Shown here: in pieces, positions 1 to 10,423 of the stretch
Layout: each line of letters opens with the position of its first letter
Position numbering within the stretch: position 1 is the first letter of the stretch
Assembly: GCA_049322915.1 (NCBI GenBank)
Contig: JBMOPW010000002.1
Span: 64,001-128,000, forward strand
Direction: 5' to 3'
Source: Candidatus Zhuqueibacterota bacterium
Lineage (GTDB): Bacteria > Zhuqueibacterota > Zhuqueibacteria > Thermofontimicrobiales > Thermofontimicrobiaceae
Length of the DNA stretch: 64,000 nucleotides
Notes under the pieces: generated by a model
The model's database searches: none
Seen by the model: only the letters and a program-made list of their open reading frames with translations
Told to the model about the DNA's origin: nothing
Program-made: the position numbers and the translations under genes

Positions 1-26
1 AGATTGAAATCTTCATCACGAAAAAC

Positions 27-458
27 TCACTTACATTCCAGCTTATATTGAATTAATGTCTCCAGTTGTGATAACACTTTCTCTGTCTTTATGTCAAACA
101 TACATGGCTTTGCTTTGCCAACATTTTTAGTCGCTTTGATTTTTTCTTTTTCTTCTTCAGAAATATTTAACGTGTATATTCCATCAATATATTTTTCAGG
201 AAAATAGATCGTTGCTTTCATATAACCTTTCCAGGCCGACATCCATACGATTGTTCGTGTTTTCTTTTGGACTTTGCACAACCACGCTTTTCCATCCCGG
301 TAGTATCTCCACTCATGTGTCAATCCATTTTTTTCAAACATTTCAATCATTTTGGTATAGGCAGGAAATGATTTTCCCAGGACATTCTTCAAGACGATCT
401 CATTGGGAATGACTAACGGATCAGAAAGCATCATATTGTTTATTTGTTCCATAAGCAC
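27..458 (-). CDS. DUF3788-like hypothetical protein
   Basis: 143-aa AT-rich ORF; EWRYYRDGKAWLCKV motif resembles DUF3788 proteins. Confidence 0.6.
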   Translation of the reverse strand: MLMEQINNMMLSDPLVIPNEIVLKNVLGKSFPAYTKMIEMFEKNGLTHEWRYYRDGKAWLCKVQKKTRTIVWMSAWKGYMKATIYFPEKYIDGIYTLNISEEEKEKIKATKNVGKAKPCMFDIKTEKVLSQLETLIQYKLECK

Positions 459-764
459 TCATTTCCTTTCAATCTGAACCCGAAATTGCCCGTCATTATT
501 GCCATGCATGACTGAAGCGGACCCTCGTCATCTGTCTCAATTGCGCTTTGAGGTGAGGAAACCCAGTCCATCGACTTCTTCGGCGAATCGCTTTGAACAA
601 GAACCTTGCGGCTTATCAGGAATAACTTCTTGAAGGCAAATGGTTTTTATTCAGCAAGCATACTCTTTTGAATTTAAATTTGTTCCTTGCGCCGGGATTA
701 GCAGCGTCATGACAGCGCGGCATTCCCTGCGGATGGCAATCCTCGGATGCTTCACTGTTTCTGG

Positions 765-1919
765 CTATTCCTGATGATAATTCAAAATTGCCCGAAGCAT
801 GGGCTCAAAAAAATCAGCCTGGCGCATGAAACCCAGGTCGGTGGGATGCGATCCATCCACAGTGGCCTCGCCGTCGTCGCCCAATTGATTTTGTCCATAG
901 GCGTAATGCAGGTTCTGAATCCCTTTGCCTGTCAAATTTTCGTAAGCCGTTCTCAGGGCGAGCCATTGAGATTTGATCTTGGTAGCGGTCTCCGGCAGTT
1001 CGTGCGCATTTTGGAACGCCCGGCCTTCGACCAGAAGTATCGGCGTCTCGGCCCTTGCCCGGCGCAGCGTCTCAATGAATGGCTCGACGCGCTCCTGGAT
1101 CAGTTGGACGTCCATGTTGGGCAGGCAGTCGATGACGTACAACGCCGCGTCAATTTCCCCGAGCAGCTCGGCCAGGGCCGGTTCCATTTTGCCGGCGCCG
1201 GAAAAACCCAGGTTGATGATGGGCGCGTCCAATCGCCGGCCGAGAATTGACGTGGCGCTCATGCCGGGGCGGGATGCGCAGCCGCCCTGCGTGATAGATG
1301 TCCCGTAAAAAACAATGGGCTTCCTGTGCGGCGGATTCGTCGCGATGAATGCCCACACCGATGCCTGCTGCGGCAGGCCGATTTCCACGGAACTCACGCC
1401 ATTGTACAGCGGCAGATACAGCATCATTCGCCGCGAGGCTGGTGGGAGATTTTGGACAAGTCGGGCCTTATTGACCGGGAAGCCGGAGGGCCTGCCGTTT
1501 CCCAGCCAGCGCCAGGTTCCGTCCGCTGATTGGGTGTACAAATCAATGCCGCTGACGCCGGTCGCCGGCATGTGCGGCATGGCCAGGCTGTTGTGCAGCA
1601 GCGTCCACCGAACGTGGATTTCAGTGGCATTGGTGGCGAATTGCACATACAATCCTGAGGTGTGATGACTGAGCCGCCACACCGCTTCCGTGACCAGCGT
1701 TTCAGCTTCGGCCGGCAACCGCTCGAAATTCCGCTGCGGCTCGTCCCAGCCTCTGCCAAGAACCGTGAAGTCATGGGCATCGTACCAGCTCAGCATCGAA
1801 TCCCGCTGCGCCGGCAGGATGTTCACGAGACGTGGTTCCTGTGCCGGAACGCGCGTCGCATTCAGGCCAAGGAACGGCATTAACAGGAAAAGGATGGTGC
1901 GCTTTTTGAGTTTCATCAT
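765..1919 (-). CDS. Secreted SGNH/GDSL-like hydrolase (GxDLY type)
   Basis: Signal peptide; GIDLY, FYGTSITQG (catalytic Ser), NLGFSG and DGSHP motifs. Confidence 0.85.
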   Translation of the reverse strand: MMKLKKRTILFLLMPFLGLNATRVPAQEPRLVNILPAQRDSMLSWYDAHDFTVLGRGWDEPQRNFERLPAEAETLVTEAVWRLSHHTSGLYVQFATNATEIHVRWTLLHNSLAMPHMPATGVSGIDLYTQSADGTWRWLGNGRPSGFPVNKARLVQNLPPASRRMMLYLPLYNGVSSVEIGLPQQASVWAFIATNPPHRKPIVFYGTSITQGGCASRPGMSATSILGRRLDAPIINLGFSGAGKMEPALAELLGEIDAALYVIDCLPNMDVQLIQERVEPFIETLRRARAETPILLVEGRAFQNAHELPETATKIKSQWLALRTAYENLTGKGIQNLHYAYGQNQLGDDGEATVDGSHPTDLGFMRQADFFEPMLRAILNYHQE

Positions 1920-2021
1920 TTTGGTCTGAATATTTTCTATTTGTTCGATGTGAAAAAATGTGACGAATTGGCGGTCATGCCGCTACTCGCTTTAAAAAAT
2001 TTACTGTGTTGAGCAATTTAA

Positions 2022-2183
2022 CCCGCATTATTCATAGTATTTTCAAAGGAAGCGGGATAACCTGAATGGTGCATAAATTTAAAATTCGCATATATAACTG
2101 AGTTTGATTTTACATATACATTCAACACATTATGAAACCATAATGTTAAGTTGGGTTATTGGAGAATTCATGAATAATTCAGG
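2022..2183. mobile_element. Diverged copy of the ~161-bp MITE
   Basis: Ends CCCGCATTATTCAT...ATGAATAATTCAGG; internal AACCTGAATGGTGC and AACTGAGTTT shared with copies at 15502 and 58446. Confidence 0.75.
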
Positions 2184-2271
2184 GTAAACCGCTGCTCCAA
2201 ATTCACCCCACGCCAATGGCGCTTCAATCTTTTCATCCGAAGTGCACACCGGACGCTGTGTGCGCGTTGGT

Positions 2272-3420
2272 TCAAATCGACTGCTCTAAAATCAGTGTCA
2301 ATTCCCCGCGCGTCAGGCTGATGGGATTGCCTTTCATGCTGCTTGAGTTCTGTGATTTCGACACCACCTCAGAAATGTCTCCTGATGTCATTCCCAAATC
2401 CGACAGGGTAGGTATCTTCAAATCCGCGCAGAGACGGGTCAGCCATTGCACCAAATCCGGCAGCCGGGCTGAGCCGGTGAGTTGCTGCGCCAATTCGAGG
2501 TAGCGGTCCAGCGCCGGCGATTCCGGCTGGCGCGCCTCGATTGCGCGGATGTTGGCTTCAATCACATGGGGCAGAAGGCACGCGCAAATTGCGCCGTGAG
2601 GCGCGGCGAACATGCCGCCCAGCGGCCCGGCAAAACCGTGCACCGCGCCTAGTCCGGCATTGGCCAGCGCCATTCCTCCAAAGAGGCTGGCCAGAGCCAT
2701 GTCCTCGCGGGCCGATGCATCCTGACCATTGAGGTACGCTGTCCGCAGCGCGCGCGCTGCCCGTTGGATTCCCTCCCGGCAGATGTTGTCCGTGAGCGGA
2801 TTGGCATTTCGGGAGGTGACCGCTTCCATGAGTTGCGTCAAGGCGTCGAGACCGGTACTCGCCGTCACGTCCGGCGGCATGGAATAGGTCAGTTCCGGAT
2901 CGATGAGCGCCAGGGCCGGCAGCATCAATGGACTCCGCATGCTCACTTTGACCCGATGCTGCGGCGATGATAGCACCGCATTCCGCGTCACTTCTGCGCC
3001 GGTCCCGGCCGTGGTGGGAATGGCGATGTAAAGCGCCGGAGGGTGATCGATGGAACGCCCTTTTCCGATCACCTCGAGATAATCGAACAAATCGCCGCTG
3101 TTGGTCAGCAGCGCGGCAATGACCTTTCCGGCGTCCAGCACACTGCCGCCGCCGAATCCGATCACCATTGTGGCGTCCATGCGTCGGGCGCGGGCGACGC
3201 CATCCAGCGCGATATCCGTGGTTGGCTCCCCGGCAATCCGGAAAATTTCATGGTGAATTTTCAGTTCAGCCAGTATTTCCAGGATGGGGGCGGCGCGCTC
3301 CGGCGAATTGCCAATGACCACGAAAACGCGGCTGTTCCCTTTTTCCAGCATGGGTTTTATTTTCTGCAATGAACCGGCTCCGAAAATGATTCGGCCGGCT
3401 GTGGCGAATTCGAACGGCAT
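2272..3420 (-). CDS. Iron-containing alcohol dehydrogenase
   Basis: GGGSVLDAGK, IPTTAGTGAE and GLGAVHG...PHG motifs. Confidence 0.92.
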   Translation of the reverse strand: MPFEFATAGRIIFGAGSLQKIKPMLEKGNSRVFVVIGNSPERAAPILEILAELKIHHEIFRIAGEPTTDIALDGVARARRMDATMVIGFGGGSVLDAGKVIAALLTNSGDLFDYLEVIGKGRSIDHPPALYIAIPTTAGTGAEVTRNAVLSSPQHRVKVSMRSPLMLPALALIDPELTYSMPPDVTASTGLDALTQLMEAVTSRNANPLTDNICREGIQRAARALRTAYLNGQDASAREDMALASLFGGMALANAGLGAVHGFAGPLGGMFAAPHGAICACLLPHVIEANIRAIEARQPESPALDRYLELAQQLTGSARLPDLVQWLTRLCADLKIPTLSDLGMTSGDISEVVSKSQNSSSMKGNPISLTRGELTLILEQSI

Positions 3421-3490
3421 GTCTCCTCTTCAGAAAATTGACTCTGGCTTTGACCCGCGAAATCGGGCTGGATGCTCAAGCGGGTCGCTT

Positions 3491-3796
3491 TCACCAGCCA
3501 TTATCGTCGGGAAAGATATTGGCGTATTTAATTCCCTCACGCGGCTCGGCCATCATTTCCGTCACCGTATCCCGCCACTTTTTATAATGCGCCGTCTCTT
3601 TGTGTCTGGCCGGTGCCCCTTCAGTTCTGTAGACTTCCACGAGCACAAATCGCGTCTCGTCATCCTGTTGCTGAACCACGTCGAACCGGGCAATGCCCGG
3701 CTCCGCGACGCTGTTTCGTGCATTTTCTATCGTCGCTGCTTTGAACTGCGCGACGTATTCCGGCTTGACATGCACGAACACATGAACAATGACCAT
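3491..3796 (-). CDS. ABM-family monooxygenase/isomerase (LsrG-like)
   Basis: 101 aa; [16 protein letters not shown] and HKETAHY motifs. Confidence 0.85.
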   Translation of the reverse strand: MVIVHVFVHVKPEYVAQFKAATIENARNSVAEPGIARFDVVQQQDDETRFVLVEVYRTEGAPARHKETAHYKKWRDTVTEMMAEPREGIKYANIFPDDNGW

Positions 3797-3851
3797 TCTG
3801 CCTCCGATAGTTTGTTGAAATGCGCGCAGCAGTTCAAAGTGCGTGTTCCTC

Positions 3852-4898
3852 TCAGGAAATCAGCGCTTTGATCTGCTGCAATTGTTCATCGGTCAACTGA
3901 ATTTTGCCGGCGGCGGCGTTCTTTTCCAATTGTTCGACCGTCGAAGCCGAAGGGATGACCGGTCCCATTCCCGGCAGCGTGAGCATGTACGCCAATGTCA
4001 CCTGGCTGAGCGTCATTTCCCACTCATTTGCCAGGAAGGCCAGCTTATTCAGCTTCGCCAGAATGTCCGGCGTGGCATCGGTTTCCAGAGTGCCCTCGTC
4101 GACCAGCCGGTCGCCTTTCCGGGCCATCGACGGATCGAGATAGCGCGCAGTCAGCAGACCGCGGGCCAGGGGACTCCACGCGACGAAGGAAAGGCCGGCC
4201 TCGGCGCAGAAGTGTAGCACGCGCGGGTGCTCGCTCGATTCACCGTGAAGGATGTCGAACTGATTCTGCACCGCAATCGGCTGGGCCCGGTTGGAGAGTG
4301 TCCCTGCGATTTTATGGTACTGCTGCAATTGTTTAACAGTGAAATTGGACACGGCGAAATAGCGCGCCAGATCCGGTTTGATCAAATCTTCAACCGCTTC
4401 AAGGCTTTCGTGAACCGGGGTCAGTTCGTCGAAGCGATGGAAATAGAGGATATCCACGTAATCCAGTTGCAGCCGCTCCAGACTGGCGTAAACGGAATCG
4501 AAAATATTGCTGCGCGACAGCCGGCAGTGGTTGGGAGTGACGCCATCCATGCCGCCGAAGACCTTGGTCGCCAGCACGATATTTCTTCGCTGATCCGGGT
4601 TGGATCGCAGCCATTTTCCAATGACGCGCTCGGAATTGCCGGAACCGCCGTGATAGCGATTGGCGGTATCCCAGTGAGTCACGCCCAATTCGATGGCGCG
4701 GTCGAAAATTTTGAAGGCCATTTTTTCACCGACGCGAGCGCCATCCCCGGTCTCCGGGAACCCAATTTTCCAGGTGCCGAGCCCGACGTTGGAAACGCGC
4801 AGGCCGGATGTGCCCAGAACGCGGTAGGGCATCCCGTTGAATTCATCCGTCAGAAATGGGACATTGTACAGTTTTGGATTGGGTGTGCGTAAATCCAT
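3852..4898 (-). CDS. Aldo/keto reductase
   Basis: [33 protein letters not shown] and WSPLARG motifs; start placed at ATG 4898 (MDLRTP) after a GGAGG RBS. Confidence 0.9.
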   Translation of the reverse strand: MDLRTPNPKLYNVPFLTDEFNGMPYRVLGTSGLRVSNVGLGTWKIGFPETGDGARVGEKMAFKIFDRAIELGVTHWDTANRYHGGSGNSERVIGKWLRSNPDQRRNIVLATKVFGGMDGVTPNHCRLSRSNIFDSVYASLERLQLDYVDILYFHRFDELTPVHESLEAVEDLIKPDLARYFAVSNFTVKQLQQYHKIAGTLSNRAQPIAVQNQFDILHGESSEHPRVLHFCAEAGLSFVAWSPLARGLLTARYLDPSMARKGDRLVDEGTLETDATPDILAKLNKLAFLANEWEMTLSQVTLAYMLTLPGMGPVIPSASTVEQLEKNAAAGKIQLTDEQLQQIKALIS

Positions 4899-4911
4899 GA
4901 TGACCTCCCGA

Positions 4912-5967
4912 TTATGGAATGAACATCCCTTTGATGCCTTTTTTATTTTCAAGGTCGGAGAAGAACTGCTGCCATTGTTCCAGCCCACCGATGTGCGTGA
5001 TCAGCGGTTTTACATCGATTTTCCCGGAAGCGATGAGTTCAATGGCTTTATCCCACGAAGTGTACGAGGTGGATAAATTGAAAATGAACTCCACCGCTTT
5101 GAACATCCCGGTGTCGTAGGGGAATTCAATTTTTTCCTTGCCGGTGAGACCAATGGCGGTGATGCGTCCCAGCTTTCGAACGAATTTGAATGCCGCGGCA
5201 ATGCCTGCCGCAGCGCCGCTCGCCTCGACAACCAGATCGGCGCCGCGGCCATTGGAGGCGTCGAGTATCAGCGCTTCGGCGTTTTCTCTTTGAACATTGA
5301 TGACGCGATCGACGGCGCTCATGCGACGGGCAACTGGCAGCCGTTGCTCTTCATCAAAATCAGTCCCGGTGATGATGACGCGGGATGCACCGCCGGCCCT
5401 GGCAGCCATGGCCGCCAGCAATCCAATCGGGCCGGGGCCAATGACCACGACGACATCCACCGGGCGGATGCCGCCGCGTTCCAGCACGTCGTAAACCACA
5501 TTCGCGGTCGGTTCCACCAGCGCCGCCTCCTGAAACGACATGCCCTCGGGAAATCGGTGCAGCAGCGCCGGCTCCGGGTAACGCATGTATTTTGCGAAGC
5601 AGCCGTCAATGCCCCAGCCGGGACTGCGTTTCGCCGGGCAAATTTGTCGATTGCCTGTCCGACACAGCCAGCAGGTGCCGCATGCTTTTGTGTGCGGTTC
5701 GCCGACGACGCGATCGCCGACTTCCCAGCCGGTGACGTTTTTCCCTTTTTCAGCAATGACGCCGGCAAACTCATGTCCCAGAATCACCGGCGGCCAATAG
5801 GGAAATTCATCGTGATAAATGTGAAGATCGGTGCCGCAAATGCCGGCGGCCTTCACGTCGATCAGCACCTCGTCGTCGCCAATCCGGGGAACCGGGACGT
5901 CCCGCACTTCAATCAGCCCCTTGCCTTTGGCAGTTTTTACGAGCGCTTTCATTTTTTTCTGGTTCAT
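4912..5967 (-). CDS. Zinc-dependent (MDR) alcohol/polyol dehydrogenase
   Basis: GICGTD, GHEFAG, CGTCWLC...C and GPGPIG motifs; start at ATG 5967 overlaps the stop of the upstream gene. Confidence 0.9.
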   Translation of the reverse strand: MNQKKMKALVKTAKGKGLIEVRDVPVPRIGDDEVLIDVKAAGICGTDLHIYHDEFPYWPPVILGHEFAGVIAEKGKNVTGWEVGDRVVGEPHTKACGTCWLCRTGNRQICPAKRSPGWGIDGCFAKYMRYPEPALLHRFPEGMSFQEAALVEPTANVVYDVLERGGIRPVDVVVVIGPGPIGLLAAMAARAGGASRVIITGTDFDEEQRLPVARRMSAVDRVINVQRENAEALILDASNGRGADLVVEASGAAAGIAAAFKFVRKLGRITAIGLTGKEKIEFPYDTGMFKAVEFIFNLSTSYTSWDKAIELIASGKIDVKPLITHIGGLEQWQQFFSDLENKKGIKGMFIP

Positions 5968-7190
5968 TTGAATCCGCTCCATGAGTCTAAAAATAGGATC
6001 AAAGCCAATGCAGCTTTTTGAATGGCCGCGATGGCGATATGTTCTTCTTTGGAGTGAGCCGTGGACAGCGATCCGGCGCCGAACACGACAGTGGGAATTT
6101 TTAATTGTTCGGAATAGCGCCAGGCGTCGCACGACGCGTTCATGAATTCCGGTTTCGAAACAAAACCGGCCCGCTGCGCCGATTGCAGCATGGTTTGAAC
6201 GAGCGGATGGTTTTCTTCGGTGAACGAGGGATCGTTGTTGAGCATGTCAAAGTGAATCGTTGCATTGTCTGAATTGACCGCAGCGGATAATTCTTTTTGC
6301 ACCTCGGTCCGATTGAACGGCGGCAGGAATCCGAAGACTCCTTTCAGTTCTGCGTGACCGGGAGCAGCGGCTGGCCAGTTGCCGGAGTGCAGCATACCAA
6401 AAGTCAATGGCATGGGATTGGGATGTTCTGCAATTTTAGCGACGTGTTTGCGAGACGCTTGCAGCAGCTTTTCCCGCACGCCTTCAATGGCGTCCATCGC
6501 GTTGATGGCCTCTTTCAACGCGCTCACCGTTGTGCCGGGACTGCCGCTGTGTCCGGCCTTGCCTCGGGTTTCGACCGTGAACCACACAGCGCCGCGGATG
6601 AGGTGGATGACCTGCAATTCAGTCGGCTCCATCACAATGGCGGCGTCCGCTTTCAGCCCATTGCGCACAACGAGCAGCGAGCCATTCCCGCCGCATTCTT
6701 CTTCCAGCACAAAATCGATGGTGACGTCGCCCCGGGGACGCAGTCCGAGTTCGGCAAGGCTGGCTAACACCAGCCAGAGCGTGGCGATCTGGCCTTTGCA
6801 GTCATTGGCGCCGCGGCCGTAAATTTTACCATCGCTTTCGACGGGATCAAACGCGTTATCCTGACCGGCCGAGGCCGGCACCACATCCAGATGGGTGTTG
6901 ATAGCCACGGACCGGCTCTGACCAACGCCGTTGAGTTTCACCCGCAGATTTGCCGCGCCATTGTACATGAAATTTTCGATTCGAAACGAGTAGTCCGGGT
7001 CAGCGACTATGGATTCCGGCATTTCCACCAGTTCAGCCGAATCGGCGAAAGGCTCGATCTTTGATTTCAGAAAGCGACTGATGTCCTTTTCCTGCCCCCG
7101 AACCGACGGAATCCGAATGAGCTCCTTCAGCAGTCCCACGGCGTCGGCCGTCCGATTTTTAATGATGCGGGCGATCGTGTTTATTTCCAT
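5964..7190 (-). CDS. M20 metallopeptidase/deacylase (ArgE/DapE family)
   Basis: THLDVVP, GRGANDCKG, EEE, MEPT and AHSKEE motifs. Confidence 0.9.
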   Translation of the reverse strand: MEINTIARIIKNRTADAVGLLKELIRIPSVRGQEKDISRFLKSKIEPFADSAELVEMPESIVADPDYSFRIENFMYNGAANLRVKLNGVGQSRSVAINTHLDVVPASAGQDNAFDPVESDGKIYGRGANDCKGQIATLWLVLASLAELGLRPRGDVTIDFVLEEECGGNGSLLVVRNGLKADAAIVMEPTELQVIHLIRGAVWFTVETRGKAGHSGSPGTTVSALKEAINAMDAIEGVREKLLQASRKHVAKIAEHPNPMPLTFGMLHSGNWPAAAPGHAELKGVFGFLPPFNRTEVQKELSAAVNSDNATIHFDMLNNDPSFTEENHPLVQTMLQSAQRAGFVSKPEFMNASCDAWRYSEQLKIPTVVFGAGSLSTAHSKEEHIAIAAIQKAALALILFLDSWSGFK

Positions 7191-8824
7191 CGATAAATTC
7201 GCGCCTCCCAGGGGTTGAGTTGCTTTTCATTTCGGGCAGATTGGGAATCATTGCTGAAGACAAGTTCGGTCGCGCGCGAGTCCAATGGACCCGGCGCCGC
7301 GCAGGGTTCCGATTGCCAATTCAAAACAACGGTGAACATCGCCGGGGCGAGATGCCTCTGGTACATGAGCAGATGGCTTGAACCGGTATCCACGATGGAA
7401 AAATCGCCGTGGACGAACGCTGCGTTATCCTTGCGGAAGCGGATCATCCGGCGGTAGTAATTCAGCACGGAATCGTTATCATGCTCATTGGCTTCCACGT
7501 TTATCGTTCCGAAATTGGGATTCACGCGGATCCACGGCTGGCCAGTCGAAAAGCCGGCATGGGCGTCCGCAGACCATTGCATCGGCGTCCTGGCGTTATC
7601 GCGGGATCGCTCCGCCAGATACTCCAGCACCTCGCTCGGTGACTTGCCACTGCTGATTTCCAGGGCGTAACGATTTTTCATGTCAATGTCGCGATAGTCG
7701 TCAATCGAATCGAAACGGACATTGGTCATGCCTATCTCTTCGCCCTGGTACAGGAACGGCGTGCCGGGGACAGTCAGCAGAAACGTGGCGATCAGTGTGG
7801 CGGACTGACGGTGAAAATTTTTTTCATCCCCCAATCGGGACACCTGTCGCGGCGAATCGTGGTTATTGAACGTGATGGTGTTCCAGGCCTTGCCGCGAAA
7901 CGCGCGATACCACGCGTCCACTTTCTGAAGGCGTTCCCGGGGCGCGTCCGGCCAGCCCATGATATCGAATTGAAAAATCAGGTTCAGTTCCTGCCTGTCC
8001 TCGGCGACATAGTCCAGGCTGTTATTCGGATACAATCCGCCGCATTCGCCCACCGTCATCACGTCGTAATGAGAGAGCACCTCGCGGTTCATGGCATGCA
8101 GAATGTCGTGTATGCCCGGCTGATTCATATACAGCCGATGATCCAGCACCGGCTGCCCGCTCGGATGATCTTTGGGCGTCTCGGCGTCTGGCAGACCGGC
8201 TGGTTTGGCCAAAAAATTGATCACATCCATCCGAAAACCATCCACGCCTTTGTCCAGCCAGTAGCGCATCATGGCGAATATTTCGCGTTTCACCTGCGGA
8301 TTCTGCCAGTTGAGGTCCGGCTGCTTTTTCGAAAACAGATGCAGGTAATATTCCTCAGTGGCGGCATCGTATTCCCAGGCCGGCCCGGTGAAGAACGAAG
8401 CCCAATTGTTGGGAGGTACGCCGTTATTGCCTTTTCGCCAGATGTAAAAATCCCGCTTGGGATTGTCCTTCGAAGATCGCGCGGCGATGAACCAGGGGTG
8501 CTCATCCGACGTGTGGTTCACGACCAGATCCATGACAACCCGAATCTGACGCTCGTGGGCGCGCTGCAACAGCAGATCGAAATCAGCCATGGCGCCGAAT
8601 TCGTCCATGATGCCGTAGTAGTCGGAAATGTCGTAGCCATTATCATCGTTGGGGGATTTGTACACCGGTGACAGCCAGATGGTATTCACGCCGAGGCGTT
8701 GCAGGTAATCCAGCTTGCTCAGAATGCCGGGCAAATCCCCGACGCCATCGCCGTTGGAGTCCTTAAAACTCCGCGGGTAAATTTGATAGACAATCGCTTC
8801 TTTCCACCAGGGCTGATTCTTCAT
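7181..8824 (-). CDS. GH13 alpha-glucosidase/oligo-1,6-glucosidase
   Basis: WWKEAIVYQIYPRSF, DLVVNHTSDEH, GFRMDV, NNHD and RDNARTPMQW motifs; start placed at MKNQP. Confidence 0.92.
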   Translation of the reverse strand: MKNQPWWKEAIVYQIYPRSFKDSNGDGVGDLPGILSKLDYLQRLGVNTIWLSPVYKSPNDDNGYDISDYYGIMDEFGAMADFDLLLQRAHERQIRVVMDLVVNHTSDEHPWFIAARSSKDNPKRDFYIWRKGNNGVPPNNWASFFTGPAWEYDAATEEYYLHLFSKKQPDLNWQNPQVKREIFAMMRYWLDKGVDGFRMDVINFLAKPAGLPDAETPKDHPSGQPVLDHRLYMNQPGIHDILHAMNREVLSHYDVMTVGECGGLYPNNSLDYVAEDRQELNLIFQFDIMGWPDAPRERLQKVDAWYRAFRGKAWNTITFNNHDSPRQVSRLGDEKNFHRQSATLIATFLLTVPGTPFLYQGEEIGMTNVRFDSIDDYRDIDMKNRYALEISSGKSPSEVLEYLAERSRDNARTPMQWSADAHAGFSTGQPWIRVNPNFGTINVEANEHDNDSVLNYYRRMIRFRKDNAAFVHGDFSIVDTGSSHLLMYQRHLAPAMFTVVLNWQSEPCAAPGPLDSRATELVFSNDSQSARNEKQLNPWEARIYRWK

Positions 8825-8926
8825 GATGATCGTTCCTTGCATGTCGTGTGGCTGTTGCCGAATCGGGCGCGCGATTCGGCTCAATCTCTATTTGTAAAAT
8901 TGAAGTTTACGCCGGGCAAAGCCCAT

Positions 8927-9691
8927 TCACTTGATCGCGTCATCCGGACTGGATTTCGACCCGTCCCATAAAAATAGTCCTGAGAAAAAAGCATCCTGAA
9001 TGAACCGATGCTGCTTTCTCAGGGCATCGGGCGACGCTGGATTTTTGGCCGGCCACAGCGCGCCGAAGGTTTTCCCGCCCACCTTTTTATAGCTGCACAG
9101 AGCGAATATCCCGGTCACGTCGCTGCCGGCCGTGGCCAGCCAGCCGACGTCAAGTCCGTAATACGTCTTCATGAAATGGCTCGAACCGGATTGGGGATAG
9201 AGGTAGAAACCAAAGACATTGTCGAAACGTCCGGCAAAGGTGTCCAACGGTTTTTCGGCTCGGGCTATCCAGTGAGTGGAATCCGTGTCGCCCAGCGTGT
9301 GCCGCCAGCCATCGCCGGGGTGCGGCTGCGATTTGGCCAGCTTTTGCTCCCGAAACGGATTGAGCAGGCGCATCAGCCAATCGTCGGTCACCGTGTCCAA
9401 TTCCGTTGAACCGAAATAGCCGTCTTTCAAAAAATAATAAAACGTGTCCGGCGAAAAAGTGCCATCCTGCCATTCCCCGATGAAGGTCGGCATGCCGTCC
9501 GCGCGCAGCTTCGTTCCAACAATACCGAACGTGATGGTCGAACTGTCATCCAAAAAAATCATCTGCGTGAAATCGCCCACCTGCAATGGCGTGTAGCTGA
9601 TGAAATTGGTCTCGACGACAGAGGGATCCATGTCGCAGGAAAGCAGCGACAGAACTATCAGCAGACGAACGAATTTTGAAATTTTTTCCAT
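8927..9691 (-). CDS. Hypothetical lipoprotein
   Basis: 254-aa ORF with lipobox-like LLSC after a hydrophobic N-terminus. Confidence 0.65.
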   Translation of the reverse strand: MEKISKFVRLLIVLSLLSCDMDPSVVETNFISYTPLQVGDFTQMIFLDDSSTITFGIVGTKLRADGMPTFIGEWQDGTFSPDTFYYFLKDGYFGSTELDTVTDDWLMRLLNPFREQKLAKSQPHPGDGWRHTLGDTDSTHWIARAEKPLDTFAGRFDNVFGFYLYPQSGSSHFMKTYYGLDVGWLATAGSDVTGIFALCSYKKVGGKTFGALWPAKNPASPDALRKQHRFIQDAFFSGLFLWDGSKSSPDDAIK

Positions 9692-9822
9692 TGGGTTTTT
9701 TAAGAGTTACTTTTCAAATAAAATTTATCCCGAACGGCGCGCCTATTTGGAGAGATACGTCCCGGTCATTACCTGCGTCGGAAAAATATCCAGCGCGATC
9801 GTTAGCCCTTGCTCGGTAGTTG

Positions 9823-10365
9823 TTAAACAACATTACCGCGGTCTTCGATCTCTAACAGGACAGACCGAATGAGTTGGGCAGTCTCGTTTCCATTGGTTAG
9901 AGGTAGACGTTCCAAAACAAATCGCTTCGATCCAATCAGGTCATCGGGATACCGTGGAAATAGCTGAAAGTGCAAGTGATTGATCTCACCGTCGCACATT
10001 GTGTTCAAATAAACCTTCTTCGCGCCTAAGGCCTTCTTGATAGCCTTGATGGTTTTGACACACATTCGAAAGACACAGGCGGCTTCGTCTTCCGACAGAA
10101 AGGAAATGTCCTCGCGGTGCGGCTTATAAACAATGATTGTATGTCCCTTCATCCGAGGATAGAGATCCAACACCACCTTGAAAAGTTCATCTTCGTACAC
10201 AAGGTATTGCTCTCCAAAGAGCTGACCCGTCGCGAGATCATAGCAAGTATAACAGATACCCCGCTGTCTCAGTTCCTCGATTCTTTGAACCAATTGCTCA
10301 CGCTTCTGTTTCCAGTCATTAGAGATGTCCATTGCGTTCTCCGACAACATAATACCGCTTGACAT
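9823..10365 (-). CDS. HIT-family protein
   Basis: YPRMKGHT and INHLHFQLFPR (HxHxQ variant of the histidine triad); true start may be slightly downstream. Confidence 0.8.
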   Translation of the reverse strand: MSSGIMLSENAMDISNDWKQKREQLVQRIEELRQRGICYTCYDLATGQLFGEQYLVYEDELFKVVLDLYPRMKGHTIIVYKPHREDISFLSEDEAACVFRMCVKTIKAIKKALGAKKVYLNTMCDGEINHLHFQLFPRYPDDLIGSKRFVLERLPLTNGNETAQLIRSVLLEIEDRGNVV

Positions 10366-10423
10366 TCACTATCGTGATGGCGACAATCGGGCTAACATGT
10401 GGATAGACAACAGATTCTATAGA

